A stretch of DNA of 64,000 nt from the human T2T-CHM13v2.0 reference genome, Homo sapiens, in NCBI RefSeq assembly GCF_009914755.1, contig NC_060930.1; one strand, written 5' to 3'. The translations under genes and the position numbers were made by a program. How positions within the stretch are numbered: the first letter of the stretch is position 1; every line of letters starts with the position of its first letter. The notes under the pieces are model-generated. The model had not been told where the DNA came from. It was given only the letters and a program-made list of their open reading frames with translations, and searched no databases. Of this stretch, positions 16,846 through 30,719 are shown in pieces.

Positions 16846-18780
16846 TCAGTCAGGGTCCCGCGCAGCTCTAGGATTGGAGAGCTTACTCCAGGGCGCTCTC
16901 TGCATCTGCCTCGAATAGCACCGCACGGAGCAACCTCTCTCGCACCTCCACAGTGCGTGGGTGTGATGTGTATTAGGGGAAAGCTAGAGAGTGACTCTGG
17001 GTGATGGTGCTCGGCTCACAGTCACATGGCGTCGCCGCCAGCTGCACAGAGCTCCCAGCTAGCTTCTGCTGCCCAGAGGCTTGGGGGGAAGGAGGGAGGG
17101 AAGCAGGCTCCTGCTGGTGACCAGGAGCAGGCGAGAGGGCTTCACACAAATAATAGTGATAATAAAGAGTAAAAGCAAAGCATTTAAATCGAGCTATTGC
17201 AGAAGACAGAAATCAGCTGCCGCGGGCGTGGGTGTGTGTACAGGGTGGGGGAGAATTGGGAAAGTATTTATCTCGGAGGGGCGGAGACAGCTGCAAGAAG
17301 ACTTTTGTCTTAGCATTGTTTTAGCCTTAGGAAAGGAAAAGGCCCGAAGGAATCCACCTTGCAACTATCTGCTATGTCTTTGTGGTGGAAGCTTAGTTTT
17401 GCCTTCAATTTAATTTGATGATTTTCTTTCATATTTGGGGAAGAGCCACTCTGTTGGAAGAAGTCCCCGAGCCTGGCACCCTTCAGTTTTCCCTATGCTG
17501 AATGTGAGATTTAAACTGCCTTTTCTTTGTAATACACTGTTTCTGAAGGCCAGAGGCTGCGGCCAGTGGCACCGTGGCCTCTCTCTCCGCCAAGGGCGCA
17601 TAGGCTTTGGGCCACCCGGGTGCCAGGGGTGGTGGAAGACCCAGTCAGTTGTTCCTTGCAACAGGTCTCTAAGCTTGTATGTTACAACATAAGGTGGGTG
17701 GGGTCGGAACCCCGAAAAGCCGGCGTCCTGGACACCCCATCCTCCAGGTGTTCTTTCCCAGACACTGGGTCCTCGCCGCCGCTGCTGAACTTCTCAATCA
17801 TATGACTTTCTCGGACTTAAATGGAAATTTCTTGACGGAGGGAACTGGGTTTGTTCTCCCAGGCTTCGCGCTGCAGTCAGGCAGAGCCCCGGGGCAGCTC
17901 GCTCACCGCGGAGGAGCCACTTTGGAGTTTTACGCCCTTTCCACACCCCACCCATGGACTGGAAAGGATGTTCAGTTACTCGCGAGCTTGTCTGATACTG
18001 GGATGGAAAGTCACAGTCCGCAGGCTGGAGTGAGGCGCGGGAAGATGCCTGGTCCTTGCCTCGCGGACTTGGCAGCCGCGTCCTGCGGGTCTGTCCACTG
18101 AACTGCTGAGGACTCGCCCGTGTGCGGGGACCCGAGTGCCACTTCCCGGAGCGTTACCTTGCGCTCCAGCCTCCAGGCTAGCTAATACCTGGAGGGCAGG
18201 GCAGGGCTGTTCCCGCTCTCACCCCTTGCGGAAGGATGGCAGGATCCGGCGCAGCGACGTAGCAGCGGGAGGGCACAGCGACCTGCATCTCCAGTTTCTC
18301 CTCAGGACACAAGGCTGACTTCACCTTCCGGACAGCTGCAAAGCCCCTGCCAGAACCAAACCGAACTCGCGCCTCGGAGAGGGGCTTCTGGGGCCGTTTC
18401 GCTGCAGGGCGTGGGGAGTGGAGAGAGGGAAGGGGAAGCCTGGGGCTGGGTGTGCGCGCGTGGGAGCGCGCCTCGGAGCGCCCCGCACTCCCCCACTCTA
18501 TCCCCGGGGGCAGTTTGGGAAGGAGGGAGTGGTAGTCGCGGGAATGAGGGAGCAAGAGAAACCCTCTCAAAGTGACGCCCCAAACAGGTCCGGATTTAGA
18601 ATTCGAAGCTAAAGGCTGTTAGAAATTGGGACTCCTCGGCCTCCTCTGCAGCCCCTCCTTTCCCGCCCCGAAGCCCGGGCGGTTTGCTGGCTGCCTGCTT
18701 CCCCGCCCCCGGCTCAGAGGTCTCTGGCTGGCGGGCGCCCCGTCGGCCGCCGGCTTCCTCCTTGAAACCCGCCGGCGCAC

Positions 18781-19240
<460 letters not shown>

Positions 19241-20040
19241 TGAGTACCCGCGCCCCCTGCTATGCCCGCTGCAGGGGACCACTGTCCCTGGCCCCCTGGG
19301 GCGTGCTCCGCGCTCGCGCCCTTGGGCCCCCGCGCGCGTGCACACGTGGTGGCTTTTATTTCTTCGCACGTGTTCGTGGTCTTCCTTCTGGAGCCTCTCC
19401 CCTCCCCCAGCCCCACTTCTCTCATCTCTACAGCTTGAACCTTTTCCCCGAGGACACCCAGTGAACTGCCCGGTAGCTTCAGGCTCCCGGGGCGAGAGCC
19501 AGGCAGACGCGGGACTTAGGCTGCGCGGATAATTGGGAGCAATTAGGTCCCAAGATACGTAAACTTCAACCGAACGGGGCGCCCGGGAGCTAGGGAATGC
19601 AAAGGGAGGACAGGCGCCCGTGTGAGGCTTGAGAGTATACTGGAGAGGTTAGGAGGTGATGGCGGGGTAGGACGGGGAGAAGTGAGGGGGCATCGAGGGC
19701 TAGGTCCTCAGTCCTAGGGGCGGAGTAGGGGAAGCTGCTACTTGGAGAGAGCTGCTAGGTTTTAAGCGCGCCCGGAAACACGCCTCGCCACCACCCAGCC
19801 ACCACCAACGGAAAATCTGTCAGTGCATGTAGCCCTTCCTGCCACGGAGAAGGTGGCCAAGGTCTAGAGGAGGCCAGCAGGCCAGGCGAAGCAACGCTCC
19901 CGCGCTGCAGGGGGCGGGGAGGCAGCGGGGAACCTGGGGCGCAGGAACGCGGGCGGAGGTGCGATAGCAGAAGCGCAAATGGGTCGCCTCTGACAGAGAT
20001 CGGGCAGTGGGTTAAGTCCCCGTTTGTGGCGCGGAGTCAA

Positions 20041-20043
<3 letters not shown>

Positions 20044-20083
<40 letters not shown>
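20044..20083. repeat. (GT)20 microsatellite
   Basis: Perfect dinucleotide run at the 3' edge of the CpG island. Confidence 0.97.
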
Positions 20084-20085
<2 letters not shown>

Positions 20086-22689
20086 TAAGCCTTCTCCATC
20101 TAGCAGAGAATGCTTAATGAGAGAATGATTGGAAGCAAATGTTTATTTTTCCCTTAGGCATTTAAAACCTTTCAGTGGCTTTAAAGTTTACTACTGTTTT
20201 TCCCACAAAGTCCATTCATTCAGTCTCCTATTAGAGTTACGTTTATCTGGGCATTTTAAGGTTGTTTTTATAATGTTACCTCGTGTCTAATTCTTTTTTT
20301 CTTCCTCTTCTCCTTTTGCTTCCTCTTTTTTTAGTATTATTATTTCTGCTTCTTTTTTGTTAAGATGAAATATAAAGACATCAACCTTAGAAGACCAGTA
20401 GAGAAAGTTGCAGATACTCGCTGATACATTCCTTGTTTCCTAGTAAAATAAGTTTTGAGCACACGGACTAGGTTTCTTTTAGAAATAAGTTATGTCATCC
20501 ATACATAGCTCTCTCCTGGGATGCAGAATTAGCATCAACACCAGAAACGTGTTTTGAAATAACATGGAAGAAGGGCTGGTTTTGTAACTAGGTGAACCTG
20601 GAATTCAACCACATAGGAGTCAGGAAATTGGTGGAGTCTACAATCTGTGGGGCTCTGGTGTCTGGAAAATTTTACAGTCCCAGATTGACGTGAACATGTA
20701 GCATTAGGCAGAATATTCCAGCCAACTTTCCGTTTTACAATGCACACAAGGAGAACGGTTGTGTTGCATCATCATTACATCAAAAAGTATAACTTTTATG
20801 TAAAATTCACATTTATTTAAATGTGGTTAGGATAATGATAGAGAAATGCAACTGACACTTTTCTCGTTAATCTCCTCTGACCTGATATGTAATTAAACAT
20901 ATTACTTAATAAGCCTGGTAAATTATTTTGACCTGTCAGAATATACTAAAATAATTTAGCAATTATAATGCTCAATTTGGTAGCAAATATATATACTGTA
21001 TAGGTTATGATTTTTTCTTTACAACAGTATGCTCAAAACATTTCTAGCCTTTCTTTTTTTTATATTATGCATTGTATATTCAGAGAGAGTTAAAGAAAGC
21101 CTTGGTTGGTGCACATACTTTGCATCTCCTAACTTGTTCTTGAACATGAATGAGAACTTGCAACACAACATTTTCTTTTCCATGTGTTGGTGTTAACAGG
21201 TTTGTATGGGCTTACAGAATTTTAAAACATTAATAAATGATTTTTCCAAAGGTTCAAGGTTGGATACTTCTCTGTCTACCAGGCTTTATCAGTCTAGCAG
21301 TATCTTTAGTAGTAGACAGGAAATAAATTGTGTACTTAATAGATGTAGCAAATGTGAAGTTTTGATTATACATTTTAGAGTCTGAAACTGCAATGCCTCA
21401 GCAATTAGATAGGGGTGCTATATCCACATTAGCACAAAGAGGGAATGGATAGTATCATCTTTTGGGAGGATTGTGCACAACTAAGCAGACCCTGAGGAAA
21501 GAGGCCATCTTTGGCAGTTGCTGCTTGTGATTTTAAATGAGCTTTAGAATAGCCAGACTTTACACATTACATTCATTTATCGAAGTTGCTTTATGCTGTA
21601 AGTTTAACTAGACCCCAATAAAATAATTTCGAGAGAGGTGTAACTAGCTAATTCCCTGCCAGCTTGGGAATCCCCAAATCTTATTTTAATAACAGTATTT
21701 GTAGCATATTAAGGTTCTTGCCAAGAACAAGTGCACCGTGATTAATGAGGTACTTCAGGGGTGAATTTACTTGGTCGACCAGTGTTTTCACTGCCAAGAA
21801 ACAAGAAAAGCATGTTTAAAGTTATGCTTGAGGTAAATATAAATTTCTATTATTTATGCAAAAATAATTATTATAATGGTATTTTAGGGTTATAAAATGT
21901 CTTTTCAAGAGTACATATCCTAGCCTATTGATAGGATGGCTGGACAGAGCAAGGGATGACCTACTTCAAATATTTTCCCTTAAACTTTATAAATTAGTGG
22001 AGATTAGGAGATCCTTGCCCTTACTATTCTTTAGGTTTTACCTGACAGCCATATTTCCTATCTTCAACTTTTCTTCATTTTATTAGTGTGCTATTCAAAC
22101 ATGAGGTGGCTCATTTCCCTGAATGTTGTTTGTCCCTTTTTAATTCCTCCTTGTTTAAGGAAAATTTTGAAGAATAATGAGGGTAGTAGGGGGACACAGG
22201 ATGTGGCTTCATATTTAAATTTGCGTTGATGCAGCAAATGTGGTTCTGAGAAGTTACATGGGAAACGGTGTTGCAGATACATGTAATTGATCACTTTGCC
22301 TAATGTATCTTTGCCTGACTTAATGCTATGGATGTGAATTATAGATATTAAACAAGGAGACAAGAAGAAGTCACCCAAGCTAGGAGCTCTGAAGTCATCC
22401 TTTTTCTCATACTTACTCCTTCTGGTCAGGCAAAAGGTCATTAACTATTGTTTGTTTACTTTATAGGTATTTTTCAAATACATTCCCTTTTCTTCTTTAC
22501 CACTTCTATTCCATTCTGTTTCTTACCTCTCCATTAGATGATTTGTAATATTCTCCTGCCTGATCATCTGGTTTCTGTTCTCAGCCTTCTCTCTGCTCTA
22601 ACATCATAGTATTGTTCATAAAATGCAAATCTTATCATATCATCCCCTTGCCTAAAATATTTCCATGACTCTTATCATCTACTCCTTCA

Positions 22690-24300
22690 TCTATGTATCC
22701 ATCTACAATTATTAGAGTGTGTAATATGTGCTAATTCCCAAATTAACAAGGCAAAGGCCTCCACTCTGGAGGAAGGAAAAGACGCCAGCAAGGGACTACT
22801 ACAAGCCTGTGAACAAGTGTGAAACAATGTTATTGGTGTGCTTAGAGAGAGAGGTTACAAAGTGACATGAGAAAAGAAAAAGAAGTGAAGCCCGGGCAGA
22901 AAAGTCAGCACAGGCTTCAAAGGGGAAGTGAGGTGTAAGCTGAGTTTCCACAAATGAGTAGTTAATTTTCAGGTGGGCACAGCAGGAGGGAATGAACAAT
23001 CTTGACAGAGAAAACAGCTTGAGTAAAGATATGGAGTTGTGAATCAGCACAGTAATTCTAGGTACTGTTAAGTATTTTCAGGGTGAGGAAAGCCACAAGA
23101 AAGGGTGGTAGAGCAAAAGGCAAATCACCAATCTGTTGGATAGATTCTGATGCTGACCATAGAATCTTATATTTATCCTGTAGGCAGTAGTGGTCATTGA
23201 ATGGTGATAATCAGGGGAATGATATAATCAGATATAAATTTTGGAAAGATCTGCCTTTCATTAGTTCAGCAAATAAATTGGAGTGCAAAATGGAGTCAAT
23301 ATGGCCTATAAGGAGATGATACCAATTGTGAGAATTTTCCATTCATTGTTGCATTCATTTATTCATAAACTTATTCTGTGAAATGTCTGTTGACTATCGA
23401 CTATATGCTGTGGATCATACTAGAAAGGTGAGAGATGATTGCCTAAGGAACTAAGGCAGTAACTGTGGAGATGAGAAGGAGGAGTTTAACCAAAGAAATG
23501 TTAAGGAGATAAAATTTGCAGATTGTTTTCACCAGTCTGACATGTGGTATGAGGAAGATGATTCTGACTTGGTTGATTTGAGGAATGGAAGTGCCATTCA
23601 CTAATATATGGGACAAAGAGTGAAGGGCACATATTCTGGTGAATATAATGGGTTCGGATTTGAACATGTTGGGCTTTTTGAGTCATTCAGGTGGAGATTT
23701 TAAGTGGTGGGAACATAGCAGTGAACAAGGCACAGTCTATTTCCAACCACGTTAGATCAGCAACCAGAACTGTTTCTGGCACATAGATAACACTCAATAA
23801 AATATTTTTGAATGAATGGAATCATTTACAAATCTGGAGTTTAATCTAAATATGTAACCAGATATTTAGCTTTGAAAGCCTCTGTCAGTTTTGTGGTAAT
23901 TAAAGCAATAAGTAGAAAAAATGAGATAGTCCAAAGAATATATAGAGTGAGTGAGGGCATAGTGGAGGCCAGAGACTGGGGAACACCAACACCAAGCAGT
24001 GGATGAAAAAGTAAGAGCCAATGGAAGAACCTGGGAAAAGCTTTACAGCAACCCAAAGGCCGAGGGAAAGCCTGGGAGATCTTATTTTCATGAAAGCAAA
24101 GGAAGATGCATATGGAAAAAAGGTTATGGCCGGCAGTTTCCAATGCTGCAGAAAGGACTAGAAAAGTTAGGTAAGATTTCATTGGATTTCTTATGAAGGA
24201 GGCCACTGGTGGCCTTTGCTGCTGCAGCTTCAGTGGAGTGCTAAGAGTCATAAATATGATTCAAGTGGACTGAGGAGTGGTTAAGACTTGGGAAAATGGA
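22690..24300 (-). mobile_element. Cluster of L2 fragments, mostly antisense
   Basis: Purine-rich antisense L2 text (atttatcctgtaggcagtagtggtcattgaa; gaggaatggaagtgccattcact; ggatttgaacatgttggg); ORF 23841-24251 reads like decayed L2 ORF2. Confidence 0.6.
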
Positions 24301-25259
24301 CCCAGTAGTGTAGGTTAGACTCCAGATTCCTTGGAAGAGTTCACACAAGACCCTCAGGGCATAGACTACTATATAGCTACTCCCCTCTAATATGCACTCT
24401 AAGCCCCACCCTTACTGCACTGCTCCACCCTGTGTCTCACCACCATGTGTTTGCTCATGCTGTTCTCTTGGCTTCTCCCCACATCTTGCACCCTTGCTAT
24501 TAAACTCCTAATGTTTCTTCAAAGTACAGTTCAAAGATCACTTCCTCTTGGGCATATTTCCAAACAGTTCCCTTCCCTCTGCCAGGATGAGTTAGGTGCC
24601 CCTTGTTTCAGGTTCCATGGCACTCTACCAATGTCATTATAATGGTGCTTCCCCCATTGTACTGTCATCGTGGGCTACTTGGTCTGTCTCTCCCACATGA
24701 CAGCAAGCTTCCATACAGTGAAATTTCTACTTATTTCTAAATATTAAGTGCCTAACAAGGTGCCTTGTGTCTAGTAGACCCTCCATAAATGCATGCTTAA
24801 CTGAGTAAGTAAATAATTTTTCTTATAAGCCTTCCACAGAGGAGCTTCAGGGTGAGCCGAAGCTGAAAGAACTACCAAGTCTTTTCAGTTTTCTTAGACG
24901 TAAGATACTGACGATTCATTTAAAAGAAAAAAGATATGGGACTAGAAGTAGGAGATTAGTGCTTTGCTTGTAGCTTTGCCACTAATTAATTCTGTAAGTC
25001 ATTTCACACATCTGGGTCTCCAAATCTTCATCTGTGATATGGGCACAATCGTGTCTGTGATCCGAGATGGTGGAGGATACTGTAGAGAGTCTAAAATGCT
25101 ATCATTAAAGAGAAAGAGTATTTGGAATAAGAAGCAATCTGATCCTTTTATCATTTCCTTTCCTCTTCTCTGAGCTTGAGGGTTGCCTCTTAACTAGTTG
25201 CTTTAACTTAATTCCTAAATCCCCAAGGTCTCTGTGCTACATAGTAGCCAAAGTTATCT

Positions 25260-25667
<408 letters not shown>

Positions 25668-27089
25668 TAAAGGCAGGGGTTTCTGTCTTATTATTATATC
25701 ACCAGCACCCAGAACACTGCCTGTCACATAAAAGATGCTCCATGCATACATACTGATTCATTTACTGACACCCCAGATCTCCAAAATACACTATTAGTTC
25801 CCTTGTGGCAGATGGAATTTTACTCTGTTGGCCATTCTATGTGTCAGACTCAATTAGACCTAATGAATTACTTTACTACCTACATATATATTCTATTCTG
25901 AATTAAGTTTATGTCTGTAGAGACTGATGTTTACATATTCTTTTTGCTCCTGCATTCCTTTAAAAAATCACTGATTTCTCTTAAGTCTACAGAGGCCTTG
26001 TAGAAGTTATACTGCTTTATACTGTGCTGATATATAAAATGTTTCATACTCTTCTAATCAGTCTTTAGAAATCTAAACAATGCTATTGTACTTGAAGACC
26101 ATATTACAATTAGAAATGTTGAAAAGTGTTACAATATTAGTACTGGGAATATGATAGCCTAAAAGGAAAGAAATGAAAAGGGTATTTCAAAATGAAACGA
26201 AGGACTGATACAAAAAAACACTATAAACAAGAAAGATAGCCAGCAGCCTTCTGAAAATTGCTTGCAAAGAAGTAGCGCCAGTTTTAATTTTTAATTGCAA
26301 ATGGCTATTTTGGCAGATGAAAATGCCAGCAGAGCATGTTTTATCCTAGCCCAATGGTGTGAAACTACTTGAAGCCCAATTGTTGAACAGTCACAGCTCA
26401 TAGTTATCTTTAATATGTATGTGTTTTCATTTTAATTTCCTTTTTCTTCAGCCATTTATGAGTGCGTTATTTGAAGTTTTATTTGGTTGCAACCTGGGAG
26501 AAAGATTGGCCACACATCTGCACTTTTTTTCATAATTAAAGAAATTCTTTGATGGTCTCAGAGTTTCAGGTGATCTTTTAATCCTTTGCAATCAGTGTGT
26601 CTGAAGAGTGAGCTTCCCAAATGTTATTAAAGTCATCAATTTCTAAACTTAAAAATAGCTTGAAGTTTTTCATCATATACATTTGTGTATTGTGCATATA
26701 TATTTCATACTCATACAAATACACATGCAACATAAGCACATACATACTGTTATCTTTTAGCAGAGAATTTGTGTTAGTGTAAATATTTCTATTTCCCTTT
26801 GTTTTGATCCTCTAAAAGTAAAAAACACTTGAATAAAATGCAATTTAGAAATAAAAAGAACATTAAATTTACTCTTGATAATATAGAGCTTATCTCTTAA
26901 TTTGAAAGATAATTAAATTTTTACATGATGAAGAGATATACACCTTTTACAAACTCAGTCATAGTGGTCATTGTTCTCATTTATTGTACCTGTGAGGTAA
27001 TTCTAGAATCCCTATTCCTTCTTCAGTCAGTGGCTGGATAATCTAATTATAATGTTATAATCCATCATTTCTCTTTTTGAACAGTCAAT

Positions 27090-28480
27090 TTAGTTTAACA
27101 TTTGCTTAACAGCCATTATGTATGCCAGGTAATGTGCTAGATGCTGGTGGTTCAAAGAAAGGAACGATGTGGACCTGACCTCAAAGAAATCCATTGGAGA
27201 ATATGACAGATTTAGATTTATTGATCAACTTTACTTTTCCTATACAGGTACCAGTTTCTTAATCTATAAAATATCAGTACCAGTTTCTTAATCTATAAAA
27301 TAGAAATAAAATATTACTTCAAGGTGTTATATGTATAGTATATGTGTACATAATGTTTAATATATACATATTAACAGTTAGCATGGTGGCTCTCGCTGAA
27401 ACTAGAGGGAAAAATAGAGACAATGTGCTGGAAGGCTGTATTTATATGATAAAGGTCTAGGATTTTATCCTATATGTGATGGGCAATCTTTGAGGAAGAT
27501 AGGATTTAGGCAAATAATAATGTCATTGGATTTCCATTTTAGATTGGTGATTCTACTAGCTCTATCAGTGATGGCTTGAGGGAGACAAAACTGGAGGTAG
27601 AGGATAAATTTTAAAACTGTTGTTCCAACTTAAGCAAGAGATAATTAGGACTTAGACTGGGGCAGTGGTAGGAAGGATGGGGGAAAGGTGTGACAATAGA
27701 GTTGAAATGTATTAGTGAATGATTGAATGTGGAAGATTAAGAGATACAGATTTGTTATTTCCAGATTATTGGATTGGGTGCTTGGGTAAATAGTGGTGCT
27801 ATTAACTGAAATCAATAGAGGTGGAACAACAGGTTGGCGAATTGCAGGGGTGATAAAATGAGTTTAGCTTTGGAAATGCTGAGCTTTTGGTGCCTGTGGG
27901 AATTCCAACTATAAATGTACAGCAGCTCTTGGATGATGATTTAAAAGACATAAAATACAGACAGGAGTTATAATCACGAGGAAGGCAAATAAAGATAAAG
28001 GGTAGGAGGTCAAGGATGGAAATCTGGAGAATACCAACATTTAATTGATAAGCAAAGGAAACAAGGAATGAAATGGAGTAGACAGGAGGCTATAAGGAAA
28101 CACTAGACAAAAAGATGGTCAGGGTTGTGGAAACAAAGGGTATTGAGAGAGTTTCAAAAAAAAATAAAAGTAACCAATTCTGAAATGTAGAGAGTGGTTT
28201 AGTAAGATAAAGATCCATCAGAAATTACCATTGGATCTGGCAATGTGGAATTCTTCAGTGATTTTATAAACTCATCAGTGTTAACCTTCAGTGAAGCAGT
28301 GAGGGCAGAGGCAGATTGCTGTTAGCTGAGAAATGAATCAGAAGTGAGGAGAGGAAACAGCATATTTAGGCCATATGTTCACTTAGTTTGGCAAGAATAA
28401 AAGGGAGATTGGACACTAGCTACAAGGAAATACAAGGCTAAAAGGAAAATCAAGAGAGAATAAAGTTATAGAGAAGAAGT
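27090..28480 (-). mobile_element. L2 (antisense) with an embedded MIR-like piece
   Basis: tatgccaggtaatgtgctagatgctgg; ggattttatcctatatgtgatggg; gagtttagctttggaaatgctgag; ccattggatctggcaatgtgga. Confidence 0.6.
27248..27302. repeat. Tandem duplication, period 29
   Basis: gtaccagtttcttaatctataaaata at 27248 and 27277 (26/26 identical). Confidence 0.92.
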
Positions 28481-28489
28481 TTTTTTATC

Positions 28490-28740
28490 ACAAATAATAG
28501 TCATTTTAATGATTATGTGCTGGACATTGTTCTAAATTCTTTATGCACATTAATTCTTTTATTCCTCCGAATAACCCTAATGAGTAATATTAGTGTTATC
28601 ATCTTCCTTTCAGCAAACCAGAATACCAAAGTAGGGGGAGGTTTAGTAACCTGTCCAAAGTCAGCTTCTGAGTTAATGGCAGAACAGGGCTTTGAACCAA
28701 GGCAGGTTGGCTGAGAGCCACACATGCTTAGCCACTATAT
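28490..28740 (-). mobile_element. MIR
   Basis: tatgtgctggacattgttctaa...agtaacctgtccaaagtca...ggcagaacagggctttgaaccaaggcag. Confidence 0.8.
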
Positions 28741-28774
28741 TTTATTTCCTTTACTTTGCCTGTTAGAGTTTTAG

Positions 28775-29097
<323 letters not shown>

Positions 29098-29099
29098 AG

Positions 29100-30043
29100 T
29101 TTTTTTTTCTTTTTTTAAAAAATCAACTTTTATTTTAGAGACGGGGGTACTTGTGCAGGTTTGTTACATGGGTATATTGCATCCAGGTAGTGAGCATAGT
29201 ACCCAATAGTTAGTTTTTCAACCCATGGCTCTTCTCTTCCTCCCGCTTCTAGTAGTCCCAAGTGTATATTGTTCCCATGTTTACATCTTTATGTGCTTAG
29301 TATTTATCTTCACACTTCTAAGTGAGAATATGTGGTACTTGGTTTTCTTTTCTTACATTAATTCACTTAGGATTATCGCTTCCAGCTACATCCATGTTGC
29401 GGCAAAGGACATGATTTCATTCTTTTTTATGGCTGCATAGAATTCTATGGTGTATATGTACCATTTTTTTTTTTATCCAAACCACCATTGATGGGCAGGC
29501 ACCTAGGTTGATTCCATGTCCTTGCTATTGTGAGTAGCATGGCAATGAACATATGAGTGTGTGTGTCTTTTTGGTATGATGATCTATTTCCTTTGGGTAT
29601 ATACCCAGTAATGGGATTGCTGGGTGAAATGGTAGTTCTGTTTTAATTTATTTGAGAAATCTCCAAATTGCTTTCCACAGTGACTCAACTAATTTACATT
29701 CCCACTAACAGTGTATAGGTGGTCCCTTTTCTCTGCAGTCTCACCAGCATCTGTTGTTTTTTGGCTTTTTAATAATAATCATTCTGATGGTATGAGGTGG
29801 TATCTCATTGTGGTTTTGATTTGAACTTCTCTGAGGATTAGTGATGATGAGCATTTTTTCATATGCTTGGGGGCCACTCGTATGTCTTCTTTTGAGAAGT
29901 GTCTGTTCATGTTCTTTGCCCACTTTTTAATGGGGTTGTTTTTTGCTTGTTGATTTGTTTAAGTTCATAGACTTCGGATATTAGAGCTTTGTCAGATGCA
30001 TAGATTGTGAATATTTTCTCCCATTTTGTAAGTTGTCTGTTTA
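29100..30043 (-). mobile_element. L1 3' segment (old L1PA/L1PB-type), non-inverted part
   Basis: Antisense L1 3'UTR (gtgcaggtttgttacatggg...agtgagaatatgtggtacttggttttc) through ORF2 end to ...gttgtctgttta. Confidence 0.9.
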
Positions 30044-30719
30044 TAAATCGGAGACGACACAAATAAATGGAAAAACATTCCATGCTCATGGATTGGAAGA
30101 ATCAATATTGTTAACATGGCCACACTGCCCAAAGCAATTTACAGATTCAATGTTATTCCTGTCAAACTACAATGCCATTCTTCACAGAATTAGATAAAAC
30201 TATTCTAACATTCATATGGAACCAAAAAAGAACCCGAATAGCCAAAGCAATCCTAAGCAAAAAGAACAAAGCTGGAGGCATCACTATCTGACTTCAAACT
30301 ATAAGGCTATACCAAACAAAACAGTGTGGTACTCATACAAAAACAGACACATAGATCAATGGAACAGAATAGAAAATTCAGAAATAAAGTGGCACACTTA
30401 CGATCTGATCTTCAATAAGGCCAACAAAAACAAGTAATGGGGAGAGGGCTCCCCAGTTCAATAAATGGTGCTGGGATAACTGGCTAGCCATATGCAGAAG
30501 AATTAAACTGGACCCCTACCTTTCACCATATACAAAAATTATCTCAAGATGGATTAAAGATTTAAATATAAGACCTCAAACTAGAAAAATCCTAGAAGAG
30601 AACCTAAGAAATAGTTTTCTCAACATCAGCCTTGGCAAAGAATTTTTGACTAAGTCCCCAAAAGCAACTGAAGCAAAACCAAGAATTGACAAATGGGACC
30701 TAATTAAACTAAAGAGCTT
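30044..30719 (+). mobile_element. L1 ORF2 segment, inverted 5' part of the same element
   Basis: Sense ORF2 text (aaatggaaaaacattccatgctcatggattggaagaatcaatattg...aaatgggacctaattaaactaaagagctt); ORFs 30216-30437 and 30646-30849 contain ORF2 residues ([22 protein letters not shown]). Confidence 0.9.

Noticed and set aside
17081-18612. ORFs of 60-140 aa in the upstream part of the CpG island
   Set aside because: No homology recognised; several start at non-ATG codons; explained by base composition.
23841-24251. 136-aa ORF with a faint RT-like flavour (GVPQ)
   Set aside because: Decayed L2 ORF2 remnant.
25700-25722. RE1-like accagcacccagaacactgcc
   Set aside because: It is the standard L2 3' end, and the critical GGACAG core is broken.
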